Below, one piece after another: positions 30,091 through 40,980 of a stretch of DNA of 64,000 nt. The stretch is from the IMG/VR virus record IMGVR_UViG_3300029705_000112; one strand, 5' to 3'. A program made the position numbers and the translations under genes. The stretch's first letter is position 1, and every line of letters begins with the position of its first letter. Below the pieces are notes generated by a model. That model ran no database searches. It was given only the letters and a program-made list of their open reading frames with translations, and was not told the DNA's origin. This stretch comes from an uncultured virus (IMG/VR IMGVR_UViG_3300029705_000112). Its lineage: Duplodnaviria > Heunggongvirae > Uroviricota > Caudoviricetes.

Positions 30091-31185
30091 ATGTCTACGA
30101 ATTACGAAAATGACGAGAGAATGCAGGACGTGATGGAGCGTGATGCGGCTGCGCTGAAAGAATACGAATCAGGTATGCAGGCTGCCATTGACCAAAACAA
30201 AGCAGGCTTGGCAGATATCAATAACAAGCTTACGCAGGGCCAGCAGAAGCTGGAAGCGTCCGCAAACGCGCAGACCGAGTTTGCCATTGACGAGATCGAG
30301 CGGCAGAAGGAAACCGCGAGAAAGGACTATATCAAGGAGCAATCGGGCGCGTATAAGGACTGGCAGACGCAGAAAGACCCTTACGGCGCGAACGCAGAGA
30401 GAAATGCTGCGGCAGGCATGACCAATACCGGCTATGCCGAAAGCTCGCAGGTTTCTATGTATAACCAATATCAAGCGAGAGTCACAGCTGCAAGAGAATC
30501 CTTCCAACGTTCCATTGATAACTACAATGCGAGCATCACGCAGGCGAGATTGCAGAACAATGCAACCTTGGCGCAGATCGCTTACGAAACCTTGGTCAAG
30601 CAGGCAGAGTATGCGGCAACGTTCTTGATGAAGAATACCGAGCTGCTTACGTCCTTGGCGCAGGGCAAGGCAACCATGAAGCAGCAGAGCACGCAGAATT
30701 ATCTTTCCGTATTGCAGCAGCTGATTGATGAAGAGCAGTTTAATGCTTCCCTTGCAGAGAATAAGCGACAGCATGACGAAACGCTTGCTTTCCAGCGCGA
30801 GCAGTTTAACTGGCAAAAGGCAAAGTACAATGCTTCGAGCGGTGGATCGAGCGGTGGATCGGGCACAATCAAGAAATCATCCGGCAGCTCGACAAGCAGC
30901 AAGGGTAGCACATCTGCTATTAACAAGGACGATACCGGCTCCAAGAGTACCGTGAGCAATAAAAACACGAGCAAAGAAACCAAAGAGCCTACCGTGGATA
31001 TGAAGAGCGTATTGGCTTTGGGCTATGGACCGATCAGCGCAGCAAAGCTTGACGAAAAGGTCAGAAGCGGACAGGTCAAGGAATACGTGGAAAACGGAAA
31101 GCTGAAATACAAGCTGGTATTTCCTGCGAGAGGAAATACGCAAGGCAAGGGTACTACCTTCAAGACCAAGAATGCGAACAAGTAA
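30091..31185 (+). CDS. putative ejection protein (phage B)
   Basis: AAAGMTNTGYAESSQ, coiled coil, Ser/Gly linker. Confidence 0.55.
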   Translation: MSTNYENDERMQDVMERDAAALKEYESGMQAAIDQNKAGLADINNKLTQGQQKLEASANAQTEFAIDEIERQKETARKDYIKEQSGAYKDWQTQKDPYGANAERNAAAGMTNTGYAESSQVSMYNQYQARVTAARESFQRSIDNYNASITQARLQNNATLAQIAYETLVKQAEYAATFLMKNTELLTSLAQGKATMKQQSTQNYLSVLQQLIDEEQFNASLAENKRQHDETLAFQREQFNWQKAKYNASSGGSSGGSGTIKKSSGSSTSSKGSTSAINKDDTGSKSTVSNKNTSKETKEPTVDMKSVLALGYGPISAAKLDEKVRSGQVKEYVENGKLKYKLVFPARGNTQGKGTTFKTKNANK

Positions 31186-31202
31186 AAAAGGGGGGCAGAG
31201 AT

Positions 31203-34200
31203 ATGGGCTTTAATGACGAATATCAGAAGCTCCGCAAGAAGCGTTTAGAGGAAGAGCAAGAGAAAAAGCCGGGTGGCGGTGGTATGCTCTACCAAAACAA
31301 GACGCTTCCCAAAGAGGACGTTGCGCCTATCGTAACCGCCACCGGCAACAAGAAAGACGTATTCGATGACGGATATCAGATCGGTGACGTGTCAAAGGCA
31401 ATCATTGGCAAGGCAACGGATTGGGGCATTATCAACGAGGACAATGCTTTTTCTGACGGATACCAATTCGGTGATGTATATAAAACCATAGGCTCGTCTT
31501 ACGTTGACTTTCAGCTTTCCACGGCTGAAGGCTTGGGCAGTCTTGTCGAGGGCGTTACTGACCTTGCAGGCTACGGCATTGCAGGAGTGAGTGATCTGCT
31601 CGGTGCTGACGAATTTTCGGAAGTGCTCAAAGAGAGCGTGAAAAAGAACACGGTGCTGGGCTGGGGAGACGCTTACAGAGAGCACAAGAACTTAATGGGG
31701 TACAACATAGCCGACAACACCCTTTGGGGTGATACTGTGCGCTCGTTTGGTCAAGGACTTGGTTACGTTGCAGGTATAGTCGGCACGGCAGGCATTGGCG
31801 GCGCGGCAGGTCTTAGCTCTTCCGCAATTACAGCATTGATTACCGGTGTTTCAGGTGCATCCGCTATGGGTAGCGGTATGAGTGAAGCCTACGAGGGCGG
31901 TGCTACGGATGAGGAAGCGGTACTGTACGGCGCGATCAACGGTGTGGTCAATGCCGGCTCGGAGCTGTTGTTTGGCGGCTTGGGTAAATCGGTCAATGCG
32001 CTTGGGTTAGGCAGAGGTATCAGCTCTCTTGATGATATGTTCGCCAAAAAGTTGACGGAAAAGATCAGTAATAATTTTGTCAAGACGGTTCTTCAGTACG
32101 GTGTAAAAGCATCGGCAGAGGGCTTTGAGGAAGTGCTTGCAGGTGTCGGTCAAGCGGTTGGTAAAAAGCTGACCTACATGAGTGATGAGGACCTTGGGCA
32201 GCTTATCGAGGACGAAAACCTGCTTGAGCAGTTTGCTATGGGCGCAGCCATTTCGGGTGTGATGCAGATTCCCGATGCGGCAATCTCGATCAAGAGCGGA
32301 AACGACTTTATCACCGGGCTTTCGGATGACGAGCAGGCGGTTGTCGATAACCTCTACAACGAAAGAGTTGCAGAGCAGGAGAAGGACGGCAAGCTGACCG
32401 CAAAGGAGAAGAACAAGATCCTTGAACAGGTCAAGCGCGATATGGAGCGCGGATATATCTCTGTGGACGAAATAGAGCGCGTTTTGGGCGGTGAAACCTA
32501 CGAAGCCTATCAGAATACCTTGAATGAGGAAAAGGCTTTGCAGGACGAATATAACGTGCTCTACAAGATGAAGAACGGTGAAAAGTCTGACGAGCAGATT
32601 GACCGGCAGCGCGAGTTAAAGGCGAAACTTGAAGAAATCACGCAAAAGGGCACGACAACAACGCTGAAAACGCAGCTTTCCGAGGGCGTTATTGGCAGGG
32701 TCAAGGGCACAAGGCTTGCAGAGAGCTACAACGAGCGAGCAAGACGCGGACGGGCGTTTGAAGCGGATCTCTCCAAGTACGATGACAAGCAGGCAGAAAT
32801 CGTCAAGAGAGCTGCGGAGAGCGGCATTTTGAATAATACCAACAGAACACACGAATTTGTCGATATGGTCGCAAAGATCTCGGCAGATAAGGGTGTTCTT
32901 TTTGATTTCACCAATAATGCCAAGCTGAAAGAGTCGGGCTTTGCGGTTGAGGGTGCTACGGTCAACGGCTACTTTGACAAGAAAAGCAATACCGTGGGGG
33001 TCAATATTGACTCTGCGAAAGCCTTTGATACCGTGGTGGGTCATGAGATCACGCACGTTCTTGAGGGCACGGAGCTTTACACCGAGCTGCAAAAGGCGGT
33101 GTTTGACTACGCCAAGACCAAGGGCGAGTATAACGGACGCAGACAAGCACTTGCAAAGCTGTATGCCGAGGAAGATATTGATTCCGAAATGACCGCCGAT
33201 CTGATCGGTGAATATCTGTTTACGGACGAGGATTTTGTCAAGAATCTTTCTGTGCAGAACAGAAACGTGTTCCAAAAGATTTATGACGAGATCAAGTACC
33301 TTTACAAGGTTGTAACGGCAGGCAGCAAGGAAGCAAGGGCTTTGGAGAAGGTCAAGAGGGCGTTTGATAAGGCGTATCGCGAGGGCGTGAAGGCAAACGG
33401 CAAGGCGAGCGGTGACGTGAAGCATTCTCTCTCTGACTCTGACGGGCAACGGCTTACCAAAGAGCAGCAGGAATTTTTCAAGGACTCCAAAATCAGAAAT
33501 GATAACGGAAGCCTAAAGGTAATGCACCACGGCACGAATGAATCGTTTACCGTGTTTGATAAAAACAAAGCACGTTACAGCGGAACTTACGGAAAAGGCT
33601 TTTATTTTACAGATAGCACGTCTCACGCAGCAACCTATGGCGAGCTCTTGGATGTATATTTGAATATCACAAATCCGTTGCAGAACGGTACAAGTGATAT
33701 TACAAAAGACCAAATAAGAAAATTCGTTGAAGCTATTGCGGAGGATGAAGATTACGGCATTGAAAACTATGGTTATGATGCCACGATTGACAGTGTAACC
33801 GATAGCCTGCACGGAAAAAGCGATTTTGGTATTATATTAGACCTTAACATAACGTGCATTGGCGATATGGTGGAAGCGGTCGAGCTTTTCAACAAAGTAA
33901 ACGGAACGAATTACGACGGCATTGTTGCGCCTACGGAAACCGTTGCTTTCTATCCTGAACAAATTAAGCTTATAGACAACAAAGCGCCTACCGCCAATCC
34001 CGATATCCGCTATTCACTCTCCGACTCTGACGGCAAGCAGCTTACAAAGGGTCAGCAGGAATATTTCAAGGACTCCAAAATGCGTGACGAGAACGGCAAT
34101 CTCAAGGTCATGTATCACGGGTCGCAGGACGCAGGATTTCACGTATTCGATCCGGGTATGTCCGATGATGATACGTCACTCTTCTTTGTTGACAGAAACG

Positions 34201-37200
34201 ATGTAGCGGCTTCTTATAGCGGTACGAGCGAAACCTACGAAGCGCAGAGCATTCGCACCGCCGAGGATATGAACAAATTCATTGAGAGCATCGGCGTAGA
34301 GGGCTATGAGGTTATCGAGCATGACGGTAAATTCGATCTCATATACGAGGATGAATTGATTGCATCGAGAGACACCGCCAAGGAAATCTACGAGGAATTT
34401 TGTTGGTATGAGAGCGTGGGCGAGGGTGATGCCAATTACAAGGTTTATCTCAATCTCAAAAATCCGCTTGTGGTGGACGGAAAGGGCAGACCTTGGAATA
34501 AGATCGATGCTGAATTTTCGCAGGAGATTTACGACAAATATCAATCCCTGACGGCAGAGGAAAAGGACGCTCTGATCGACCTTGCCGAGTGGGAAGATTT
34601 CAGCCTGTTCAACAGCGAGATACAGGAAGCAACCGAGGGTGATCTTGCGAGCGCATACGCCAAGATGGGCGAGGATTGCAATATCTACGACCTTTTCAGC
34701 GTTGCGGCTGACAATTTCAGCGAAGAGTCGATGCGCGAGAATGCGCGCGGCTATCTCAAAACAAGAGATTATGCGCAGCGTGCCAAGGAGCAGGGCTATG
34801 ACGGCGTTATTTTCAATAACATCGTTGATAACGGCGGCTATTCCAATGGCAGCGAGGGTGCTTCTACCGTTGCGATCGCGTTTGAATCGAGTCAGATCAA
34901 GTCGGTGGCGAATGAGAATCCTACGGGAGATCCTGATATTCGCTTCTCTCTTTCGGAAGCCGTTGAGGAAACGAATGATCTTATGGCTATTCACAATTTG
35001 ACCGAGGAAAAGCTGCGCAAGAGCCTTAAACTTGGCGGATTGCCTATGCCTTCCGTTGCTATTGCAAGGGCACAAGACGGGCACAATGAATTTGGCAACA
35101 TAAGCCTTATTCTTAAAAAAGATGCTATTGACCCGGGGACAAGCAGATATAACAAGGTGTATTCGGGTGATGCGTGGACTCCTACCTATCCGCGCGTCGA
35201 ATATAAGGTAAATAGCAAGGTATCGAAGCAGATCGGTGATAAAATTCATAGCCTTGTACCATCTGACGTTATAAACGATCTTGGTGACGTGCATTTTGAC
35301 ACCGACAATATGACCGACACCTTAAACCGATTCGGCGGCAATATGGCAGATGCTTTCGGGAGCAATTATGCTTTGAAGTACGCATATCTCAAGGACAGCG
35401 GCGTAGATATTGCTTTGCCGATGAAGGAAAAAAACATTTCCTATTACGGTACTCGTGAAAATGGCGCGATTATCAAGGTTGCGGAAGCTCTTACGCAGGA
35501 AGAGCTGATAACGGCATTAAATGGCGGTCACGAGGTTGCGGATCAGTACGAGCCGATCATCAGAAAAGCCGTTGCTGAATATACGCAAGAAAAATACGGT
35601 GACGTGCCCGAGCTGCTTGATATCATGATGCCGAGAGAACAGTTGACTTACAGCGAGCTTGACGGCTACGTATCGGAAGCGTTGAGTTATCACCGCAAAG
35701 GCGTTGAGCGGACGGTTGACACAAAAGCGGCGCGTGAGCTTATCAATGAGCAGGTCGATCAAACCGAGTATGAAGCGTGGCTGAATGTTCTGTTCTCCGG
35801 GATAGTGGAAAAAGAGGGCATCAGAAATAACGCTGACTATTTCACCCCTTCCGGCAATCGCAGGAGCTTTGAAGCGTTGCACTATGAGCATAATCTTGAG
35901 AACGTAATCAAGGCTATGCGAGAAAAAGGTGCAAAAGGCGTAGGTGCATTTAGCAGCGCCAACATTCTCGGAGCGTCCACAACGGAATTTGGTTCTATAA
36001 AAGAACTAAAGCAATCCACGGACCGCTTGCGTATGATGACGCAAGACGAGTTTGACAAGATAAGAAAGCAATATACCGATAGATTTTTTGATCTTGCAAG
36101 CAGCCTGCCGAAAGACAAGAACAGTTTTATTGCTACGGATGATGCAGCAAATATGCTTGTAGAAGCCGTAACAAAATACAAAACAAGAAGCGGTATTGCC
36201 AATTATTTGCGCAGAGAGAGCCAAGGCTGGGCAAATTATTCTGAATACGTTGTTGACGATCTCATTGAGCTTGTTGAGGATATTCGCAAAATGCCTACAG
36301 GGTATTTTGAAGCAAAGCCGCAGAGAGCGGTCGGGTTTGATGAAGTCGGCGTGTTTGTGATTCCCAGAAATGCCGATCCCAAGCTGAAACAAGAGCTTTT
36401 GAACAGAGGGTACAGCATTGCGGAATATGATCCCGACGTAGACGGTGATAGGCAGAAAGTTGTTAATTCGTTTGAACAGTACAAATTCAGCCTTTCCGCA
36501 AAGGGCGAAGCACCCGGCAAGGGTAGATTTTACGGCAAGGATATGCGCCTTGAGGTTGCGCCGGTTGCCGAGGACGTTTCGACCACTACCGAGCAGGCTG
36601 TGCCTGAAGCGGTTGCGCCTGTTGCTGAAACAGTTGCAGAGCCGGAAACTGTTGCGCCCGTAGCTGACTGGATGCCCGATACCGATGAAACCTATGCACC
36701 TTCCTTGTATGACTTGATTGACGAGCGTGATGCGCTGCAAGAGCAGTTGCGTGCGGCTATGGAAGCAAACGACCAAGAGGGCGCGCTTCCTTTGGTGCAG
36801 CGTTACCAAGAGGTCACGCAGCAGATTTCGCAGATGGAAGCAGCGGAGAGCGAACGGCTTGCAAGTCTTGACGAAGCAGACGTGCCGCCCGAAATGGAAG
36901 CACCTTACGTAGCACAGAGAGAGCCTATTACGATTGACGGCAAATCGCTTGACAAAATCACGGGAGATGTCAGCGATATGCTGGGTCTTAATGCCGAGGA
37001 CCGTGCAAGAATGGCGCAAACCATTCAAAAATATTCGCAGAACAGCGAATTGACCGATAGCGATCTGTTTGATGAAATACTCGATCATTACGAGTATTAC
37101 GAGGAAGTGCAGATTGAGAATGACGAAGCGGACGCGGCAAGACGTTTTATCAAGGGCACAAAGCTCTACTTGCCCGAAAATCTGAAAGGGGATTTTGACG

Positions 37201-40200
37201 GCAAGCGCAAGGACGGTTTCAACGCTTTCCGCAGAGAGCATTTCGGGCATTTCACGATCACGACACAAGAGGGCGCTGGCGCGAGAAGCGTTGACTCTCT
37301 TTATCAGGAACTCAATGAGACCTTCCCTGATCTGTTCCCTGATGATATTTGGAACGCTGCCGAGCAGCTTCAGCAAATGGCAGACGTTGCGAGTATGAAG
37401 CCAAAGACCGAGTATCGCACCGGGCAATTCGATCCTGACACGGTTGGTGAAGCCGTTGAGATGATTCGGAGCGGTGTTGCGAGGTACGCGCAGAATGAAA
37501 AAATGAGGGCATTTAACTTAGAGAGCGCAAGGCTTTCTCGCATGTACGGAAAGACCATTGCGCCCGTGGCTGATACGCCTACATTTGAAACTGCGAATAC
37601 AAGTCAAGTCATGGGTCAGCAGACCATGTTTGAAGAGCCTGCCAAAAAGGACAGATTTGAGCAAATGCTTGAGCGTGAAATGGCTGCTTTGGAAAAAGAA
37701 TTTGCGCAGAGAAGATCCGAGATGGAAGCGCAGCTGGGAGACAAGAACGCCTATATCAGCGGTCGTGCAATGGATCTTTACTACGAGATCAGCAATCTCA
37801 AAAAGGGTGTCAGGGCTTCCCGTGAGCTTGGATATTTGCTTGACCACGGCTTTGCTTGGAACACGATCAAGTCGAAGCTGCTTACCATTAAGCGTTATCC
37901 CGGTGAGGTCATCAATCCCGATTCTGTCGAGGAAAGCGTCATCAGAGAAGCGCTTTCCCGTGAATATGAGGACAAGGTGTACGAGCTGTCCGAGCTTGGT
38001 CTTGAGTATCAGAAGAGGGTATCGGAGATCGAGCAAAGCGTTGAGAGAGCGCGCAAGGAAGCGGAGAAAGCGGAGCAGTTGATCAAGAGAGCGGAGCTGC
38101 ATAAGAACATCGTTGACAGGGTAAGGTCCAGCTTTGCGGCAAATGGCTTTGATTTCGACAAGGTGCTGAAAAACGCCCGAAACCTTTCCACGTTCGCAAC
38201 GGTTGACAATACGCCGCAGAGAGTGATGGAGAAAGCTCTTGGCTATAAACAGGGTCAGATTCTTGCAGATGAAACCGTGAACAAGGTGGCACAGAACGAA
38301 ACCGAGGGTATTAAGTGGCTCAATTCTTACACGGACAGAAAGAGCGGTCTCTTGGCGCAGATCTCCAAGCAATACAATATCAAGCCCGGCAGCAAGGAAA
38401 GCGCGGCGGCGCAGATGTATGCCGAGGGCTTCTTTGTCGATGACAACAGCGAAACTATTTTTTATGGTGACGCAGAGCTTGCAAAGGATTTCCCCGATGC
38501 ACAGACGCAGGAGAACATCAAGGGGCTTGCGAAAGATCCGCGCATCCGTAAGATTTACGATGAAACGCTTGCCATGATCAACGAGTCGAGAGTGAGAAAC
38601 GGCTATCCCGAAATTCAAAAGCTGGATAACTACTTCCTGCATTTCAGGGCTATGGACGATACTTTCTCAAGACTTGGCTTGCCGTTCAACCCGAACGACA
38701 TTAAGGCAAAGGACCTTCCTACCGATCTCAACGGTGTAACCGCTGATCTCAAGCCCGGACAGCCTTATTTTGCGAGTGCAATGCACAGACGCGGCGTAAG
38801 GACTACCCATGATCTGCTTGGCGGCTTGGAGCGGTACTTGACCAGCGCAAAGAGTCAGATCTATCACATTGACGATATTCAGACCTTGAGAGCGTTGCGC
38901 AACTATATCGCAGATATCTACGGACAGGCAAACGGCTTGGAAAGCCTTGACGCGCTGACAGAGGAAGAGGTTGAGGAAAGAATCAAGCAGGTTTACGGAG
39001 CGCACCTTTCTACGTTCGCGAAATTCCTGAACGAGGAAGCAAACGTGCTTGCAGGAAAGACGGCTCTGATTGACAGAGGACTTGAGGGCATTATCGGCAG
39101 ACGCGGCATGACCTTTATTGATAATCTCAATAAGCAGGTCGGCAGCAACATGGTCGGCTTCAATGTTTCGTCCTCTTTGACAAACTTCCTGCCGGTCGTG
39201 CAGACGTTCGCCAAGACCAACAAATTTGCTTTCGTCAAGGGCTTTGCGCAGACGGTTTCCAATAGAGTCAGCTCTATTGCAGGTGGCGGTGATAACTTTG
39301 CTCAAAACAGCCCCGTTATGATCCGCAGAAAGGGCGCTGACAGATTCCACCGTACTGTGTGGCAGAAGATGGGCGATCCCGGTTATGCGCTGATGGGAGC
39401 GGTTGATAGTATTTCCACGGAAATCATTGCAAGGGCCAAGTACAACGAATTGATCGGGAAGGGCTTGACTTCCGCGCAGGCGCATACTGTAACCGACAAG
39501 TGGGTATCTCGCTTGATGGGTGACAGGTCGCTCGGGCAGATGCCGCAGCTGTATAATTCCAAGATGCTTGGGCTTGTGACCAAATTCCAGTTGGAAGTAC
39601 GTAACCAGTTGGATAGCCAGTTCTACGATACCATTCAGGAAGCAAAGGTATCTAACGAGCATATTGAGAATCAGCTTGAGAGAAACGCAAAGACAGCAGC
39701 AAAGGTCGCGTCAACGTTCTTCCAGCTTGCGGTTGCGCAGCATATCTTTGGAGCGGTGTTTGAATCGATTGCAGGCTACAATCCTGCGTTTGATATCATT
39801 GACGTTGTTATCAAGGCTCTCGGCTTGGATGATGACGAGGAAAGCGAAGATACCGTGCTTGACAACGTTGAGCAGGGCTTCCTTGCGCTGCTTGAGGACC
39901 TGCCTTATACGAGTACGCTTACTGGTGGTCGTATTCCGATCTCGAATGCTTTGCCTATTGAGCAGTTGATCAATGGCAAGGACGAATACGGCAACGATAA
40001 GCCGCGTTGGAAAACTGCTTTGGAAGCATTACCTTACTACGTTCTGCCCGGTGGCTATGGACAAGCCAAAAAGACGGTGCAGGGGCTTTCGATGTTCTCT
40101 GATAAGCTCCCTGTGACGGGATCTTACACGGACAGCGGCAATCTCCGCTTCCCCGTGGAAGAAACGCCCGGCAATATTGCGCAGGCGGCTGTTTTCGGTC

Positions 40201-40940
40201 AATGGGCGAACGAGAACGCGCGGTATTATTTCGACAACGAAATTGCGCCTCTTAACGAAAAGCAGACGCAGGAGTATGCCGACGTTGGTATGTCTATTCG
40301 CGATTACTGGAAATATCGAAAGGGCTTGAAGGGCTTGAAAACTCTTGAGGAAAAAGCCGAGTACATTGACGGCTTGGATCTGACGGACGAGCAGAAAAAC
40401 ATTCTCATAAACAATATCGTTGACCGCGAGGAAGATATTGATATGTCTGACTATGACGAGTACGGCAGCTTTGGTGAATTTGACTTTGCGGTGAAAAATC
40501 CCGAAAAGTACGAGTTTTTCAAGGCGAACGGTATTTCTTACGAGGACTACGATAACGCAGACGAGGACGGAAAGAGAGCCTACACTTGGGCGTATGAAAA
40601 CCCCGAAAAGTACACGGTAGCAAAAGCGATCTCCGATGATTTCTTGACCTACTACAAGTACAAGGGCGAGCTTTACGATATTAAAGCCGACAAGGACGAG
40701 AACGGAGAGACGATCCGTGGATCTGCCAAGGAAAAGAAGATTGATTATATCAATAATCTGGACCTTGATTACGGGCAGAGAATCATTCTTTTCAAGAGCA
40801 TGTATAACGCCGATGATACGTATAACGCCGATATCGTGGACTATCTGAACGGCAGAGAGGATATATCCTATGACGAGATGGTTACTATTCTTACGGAGCT
40901 TGGCTTTACGGTCAAGGGCGATAATGTGTATTGGGATTAA
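31203..40940 (+). CDS. giant polyvalent (ejection-type) protein B, 3245 aa: HExxH metallopeptidase, two ART-like domains, a third enzyme-like domain
   Basis: HEITH (33042); HHGT..F..F...GKGFYFT...VYLNITNPL; YHGS...VYLNLKNPL...GYDGVIF...QIKS; AIHNL...GGLPMPSVAIA. Confidence 0.75.
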   Translation: MGFNDEYQKLRKKRLEEEQEKKPGGGGMLYQNKTLPKEDVAPIVTATGNKKDVFDDGYQIGDVSKAIIGKATDWGIINEDNAFSDGYQFGDVYKTIGSSYVDFQLSTAEGLGSLVEGVTDLAGYGIAGVSDLLGADEFSEVLKESVKKNTVLGWGDAYREHKNLMGYNIADNTLWGDTVRSFGQGLGYVAGIVGTAGIGGAAGLSSSAITALITGVSGASAMGSGMSEAYEGGATDEEAVLYGAINGVVNAGSELLFGGLGKSVNALGLGRGISSLDDMFAKKLTEKISNNFVKTVLQYGVKASAEGFEEVLAGVGQAVGKKLTYMSDEDLGQLIEDENLLEQFAMGAAISGVMQIPDAAISIKSGNDFITGLSDDEQAVVDNLYNERVAEQEKDGKLTAKEKNKILEQVKRDMERGYISVDEIERVLGGETYEAYQNTLNEEKALQDEYNVLYKMKNGEKSDEQIDRQRELKAKLEEITQKGTTTTLKTQLSEGVIGRVKGTRLAESYNERARRGRAFEADLSKYDDKQAEIVKRAAESGILNNTNRTHEFVDMVAKISADKGVLFDFTNNAKLKESGFAVEGATVNGYFDKKSNTVGVNIDSAKAFDTVVGHEITHVLEGTELYTELQKAVFDYAKTKGEYNGRRQALAKLYAEEDIDSEMTADLIGEYLFTDEDFVKNLSVQNRNVFQKIYDEIKYLYKVVTAGSKEARALEKVKRAFDKAYREGVKANGKASGDVKHSLSDSDGQRLTKEQQEFFKDSKIRNDNGSLKVMHHGTNESFTVFDKNKARYSGTYGKGFYFTDSTSHAATYGELLDVYLNITNPLQNGTSDITKDQIRKFVEAIAEDEDYGIENYGYDATIDSVTDSLHGKSDFGIILDLNITCIGDMVEAVELFNKVNGTNYDGIVAPTETVAFYPEQIKLIDNKAPTANPDIRYSLSDSDGKQLTKGQQEYFKDSKMRDENGNLKVMYHGSQDAGFHVFDPGMSDDDTSLFFVDRNDVAASYSGTSETYEAQSIRTAEDMNKFIESIGVEGYEVIEHDGKFDLIYEDELIASRDTAKEIYEEFCWYESVGEGDANYKVYLNLKNPLVVDGKGRPWNKIDAEFSQEIYDKYQSLTAEEKDALIDLAEWEDFSLFNSEIQEATEGDLASAYAKMGEDCNIYDLFSVAADNFSEESMRENARGYLKTRDYAQRAKEQGYDGVIFNNIVDNGGYSNGSEGASTVAIAFESSQIKSVANENPTGDPDIRFSLSEAVEETNDLMAIHNLTEEKLRKSLKLGGLPMPSVAIARAQDGHNEFGNISLILKKDAIDPGTSRYNKVYSGDAWTPTYPRVEYKVNSKVSKQIGDKIHSLVPSDVINDLGDVHFDTDNMTDTLNRFGGNMADAFGSNYALKYAYLKDSGVDIALPMKEKNISYYGTRENGAIIKVAEALTQEELITALNGGHEVADQYEPIIRKAVAEYTQEKYGDVPELLDIMMPREQLTYSELDGYVSEALSYHRKGVERTVDTKAARELINEQVDQTEYEAWLNVLFSGIVEKEGIRNNADYFTPSGNRRSFEALHYEHNLENVIKAMREKGAKGVGAFSSANILGASTTEFGSIKELKQSTDRLRMMTQDEFDKIRKQYTDRFFDLASSLPKDKNSFIATDDAANMLVEAVTKYKTRSGIANYLRRESQGWANYSEYVVDDLIELVEDIRKMPTGYFEAKPQRAVGFDEVGVFVIPRNADPKLKQELLNRGYSIAEYDPDVDGDRQKVVNSFEQYKFSLSAKGEAPGKGRFYGKDMRLEVAPVAEDVSTTTEQAVPEAVAPVAETVAEPETVAPVADWMPDTDETYAPSLYDLIDERDALQEQLRAAMEANDQEGALPLVQRYQEVTQQISQMEAAESERLASLDEADVPPEMEAPYVAQREPITIDGKSLDKITGDVSDMLGLNAEDRARMAQTIQKYSQNSELTDSDLFDEILDHYEYYEEVQIENDEADAARRFIKGTKLYLPENLKGDFDGKRKDGFNAFRREHFGHFTITTQEGAGARSVDSLYQELNETFPDLFPDDIWNAAEQLQQMADVASMKPKTEYRTGQFDPDTVGEAVEMIRSGVARYAQNEKMRAFNLESARLSRMYGKTIAPVADTPTFETANTSQVMGQQTMFEEPAKKDRFEQMLEREMAALEKEFAQRRSEMEAQLGDKNAYISGRAMDLYYEISNLKKGVRASRELGYLLDHGFAWNTIKSKLLTIKRYPGEVINPDSVEESVIREALSREYEDKVYELSELGLEYQKRVSEIEQSVERARKEAEKAEQLIKRAELHKNIVDRVRSSFAANGFDFDKVLKNARNLSTFATVDNTPQRVMEKALGYKQGQILADETVNKVAQNETEGIKWLNSYTDRKSGLLAQISKQYNIKPGSKESAAAQMYAEGFFVDDNSETIFYGDAELAKDFPDAQTQENIKGLAKDPRIRKIYDETLAMINESRVRNGYPEIQKLDNYFLHFRAMDDTFSRLGLPFNPNDIKAKDLPTDLNGVTADLKPGQPYFASAMHRRGVRTTHDLLGGLERYLTSAKSQIYHIDDIQTLRALRNYIADIYGQANGLESLDALTEEEVEERIKQVYGAHLSTFAKFLNEEANVLAGKTALIDRGLEGIIGRRGMTFIDNLNKQVGSNMVGFNVSSSLTNFLPVVQTFAKTNKFAFVKGFAQTVSNRVSSIAGGGDNFAQNSPVMIRRKGADRFHRTVWQKMGDPGYALMGAVDSISTEIIARAKYNELIGKGLTSAQAHTVTDKWVSRLMGDRSLGQMPQLYNSKMLGLVTKFQLEVRNQLDSQFYDTIQEAKVSNEHIENQLERNAKTAAKVASTFFQLAVAQHIFGAVFESIAGYNPAFDIIDVVIKALGLDDDEESEDTVLDNVEQGFLALLEDLPYTSTLTGGRIPISNALPIEQLINGKDEYGNDKPRWKTALEALPYYVLPGGYGQAKKTVQGLSMFSDKLPVTGSYTDSGNLRFPVEETPGNIAQAAVFGQWANENARYYFDNEIAPLNEKQTQEYADVGMSIRDYWKYRKGLKGLKTLEEKAEYIDGLDLTDEQKNILINNIVDREEDIDMSDYDEYGSFGEFDFAVKNPEKYEFFKANGISYEDYDNADEDGKRAYTWAYENPEKYTVAKAISDDFLTYYKYKGELYDIKADKDENGETIRGSAKEKKIDYINNLDLDYGQRIILFKSMYNADDTYNADIVDYLNGREDISYDEMVTILTELGFTVKGDNVYWD

Positions 40941-40980
40941 GGGGAAGCCTACGGGCTTCCTCTTTTTGAGGGGGAAAAAT

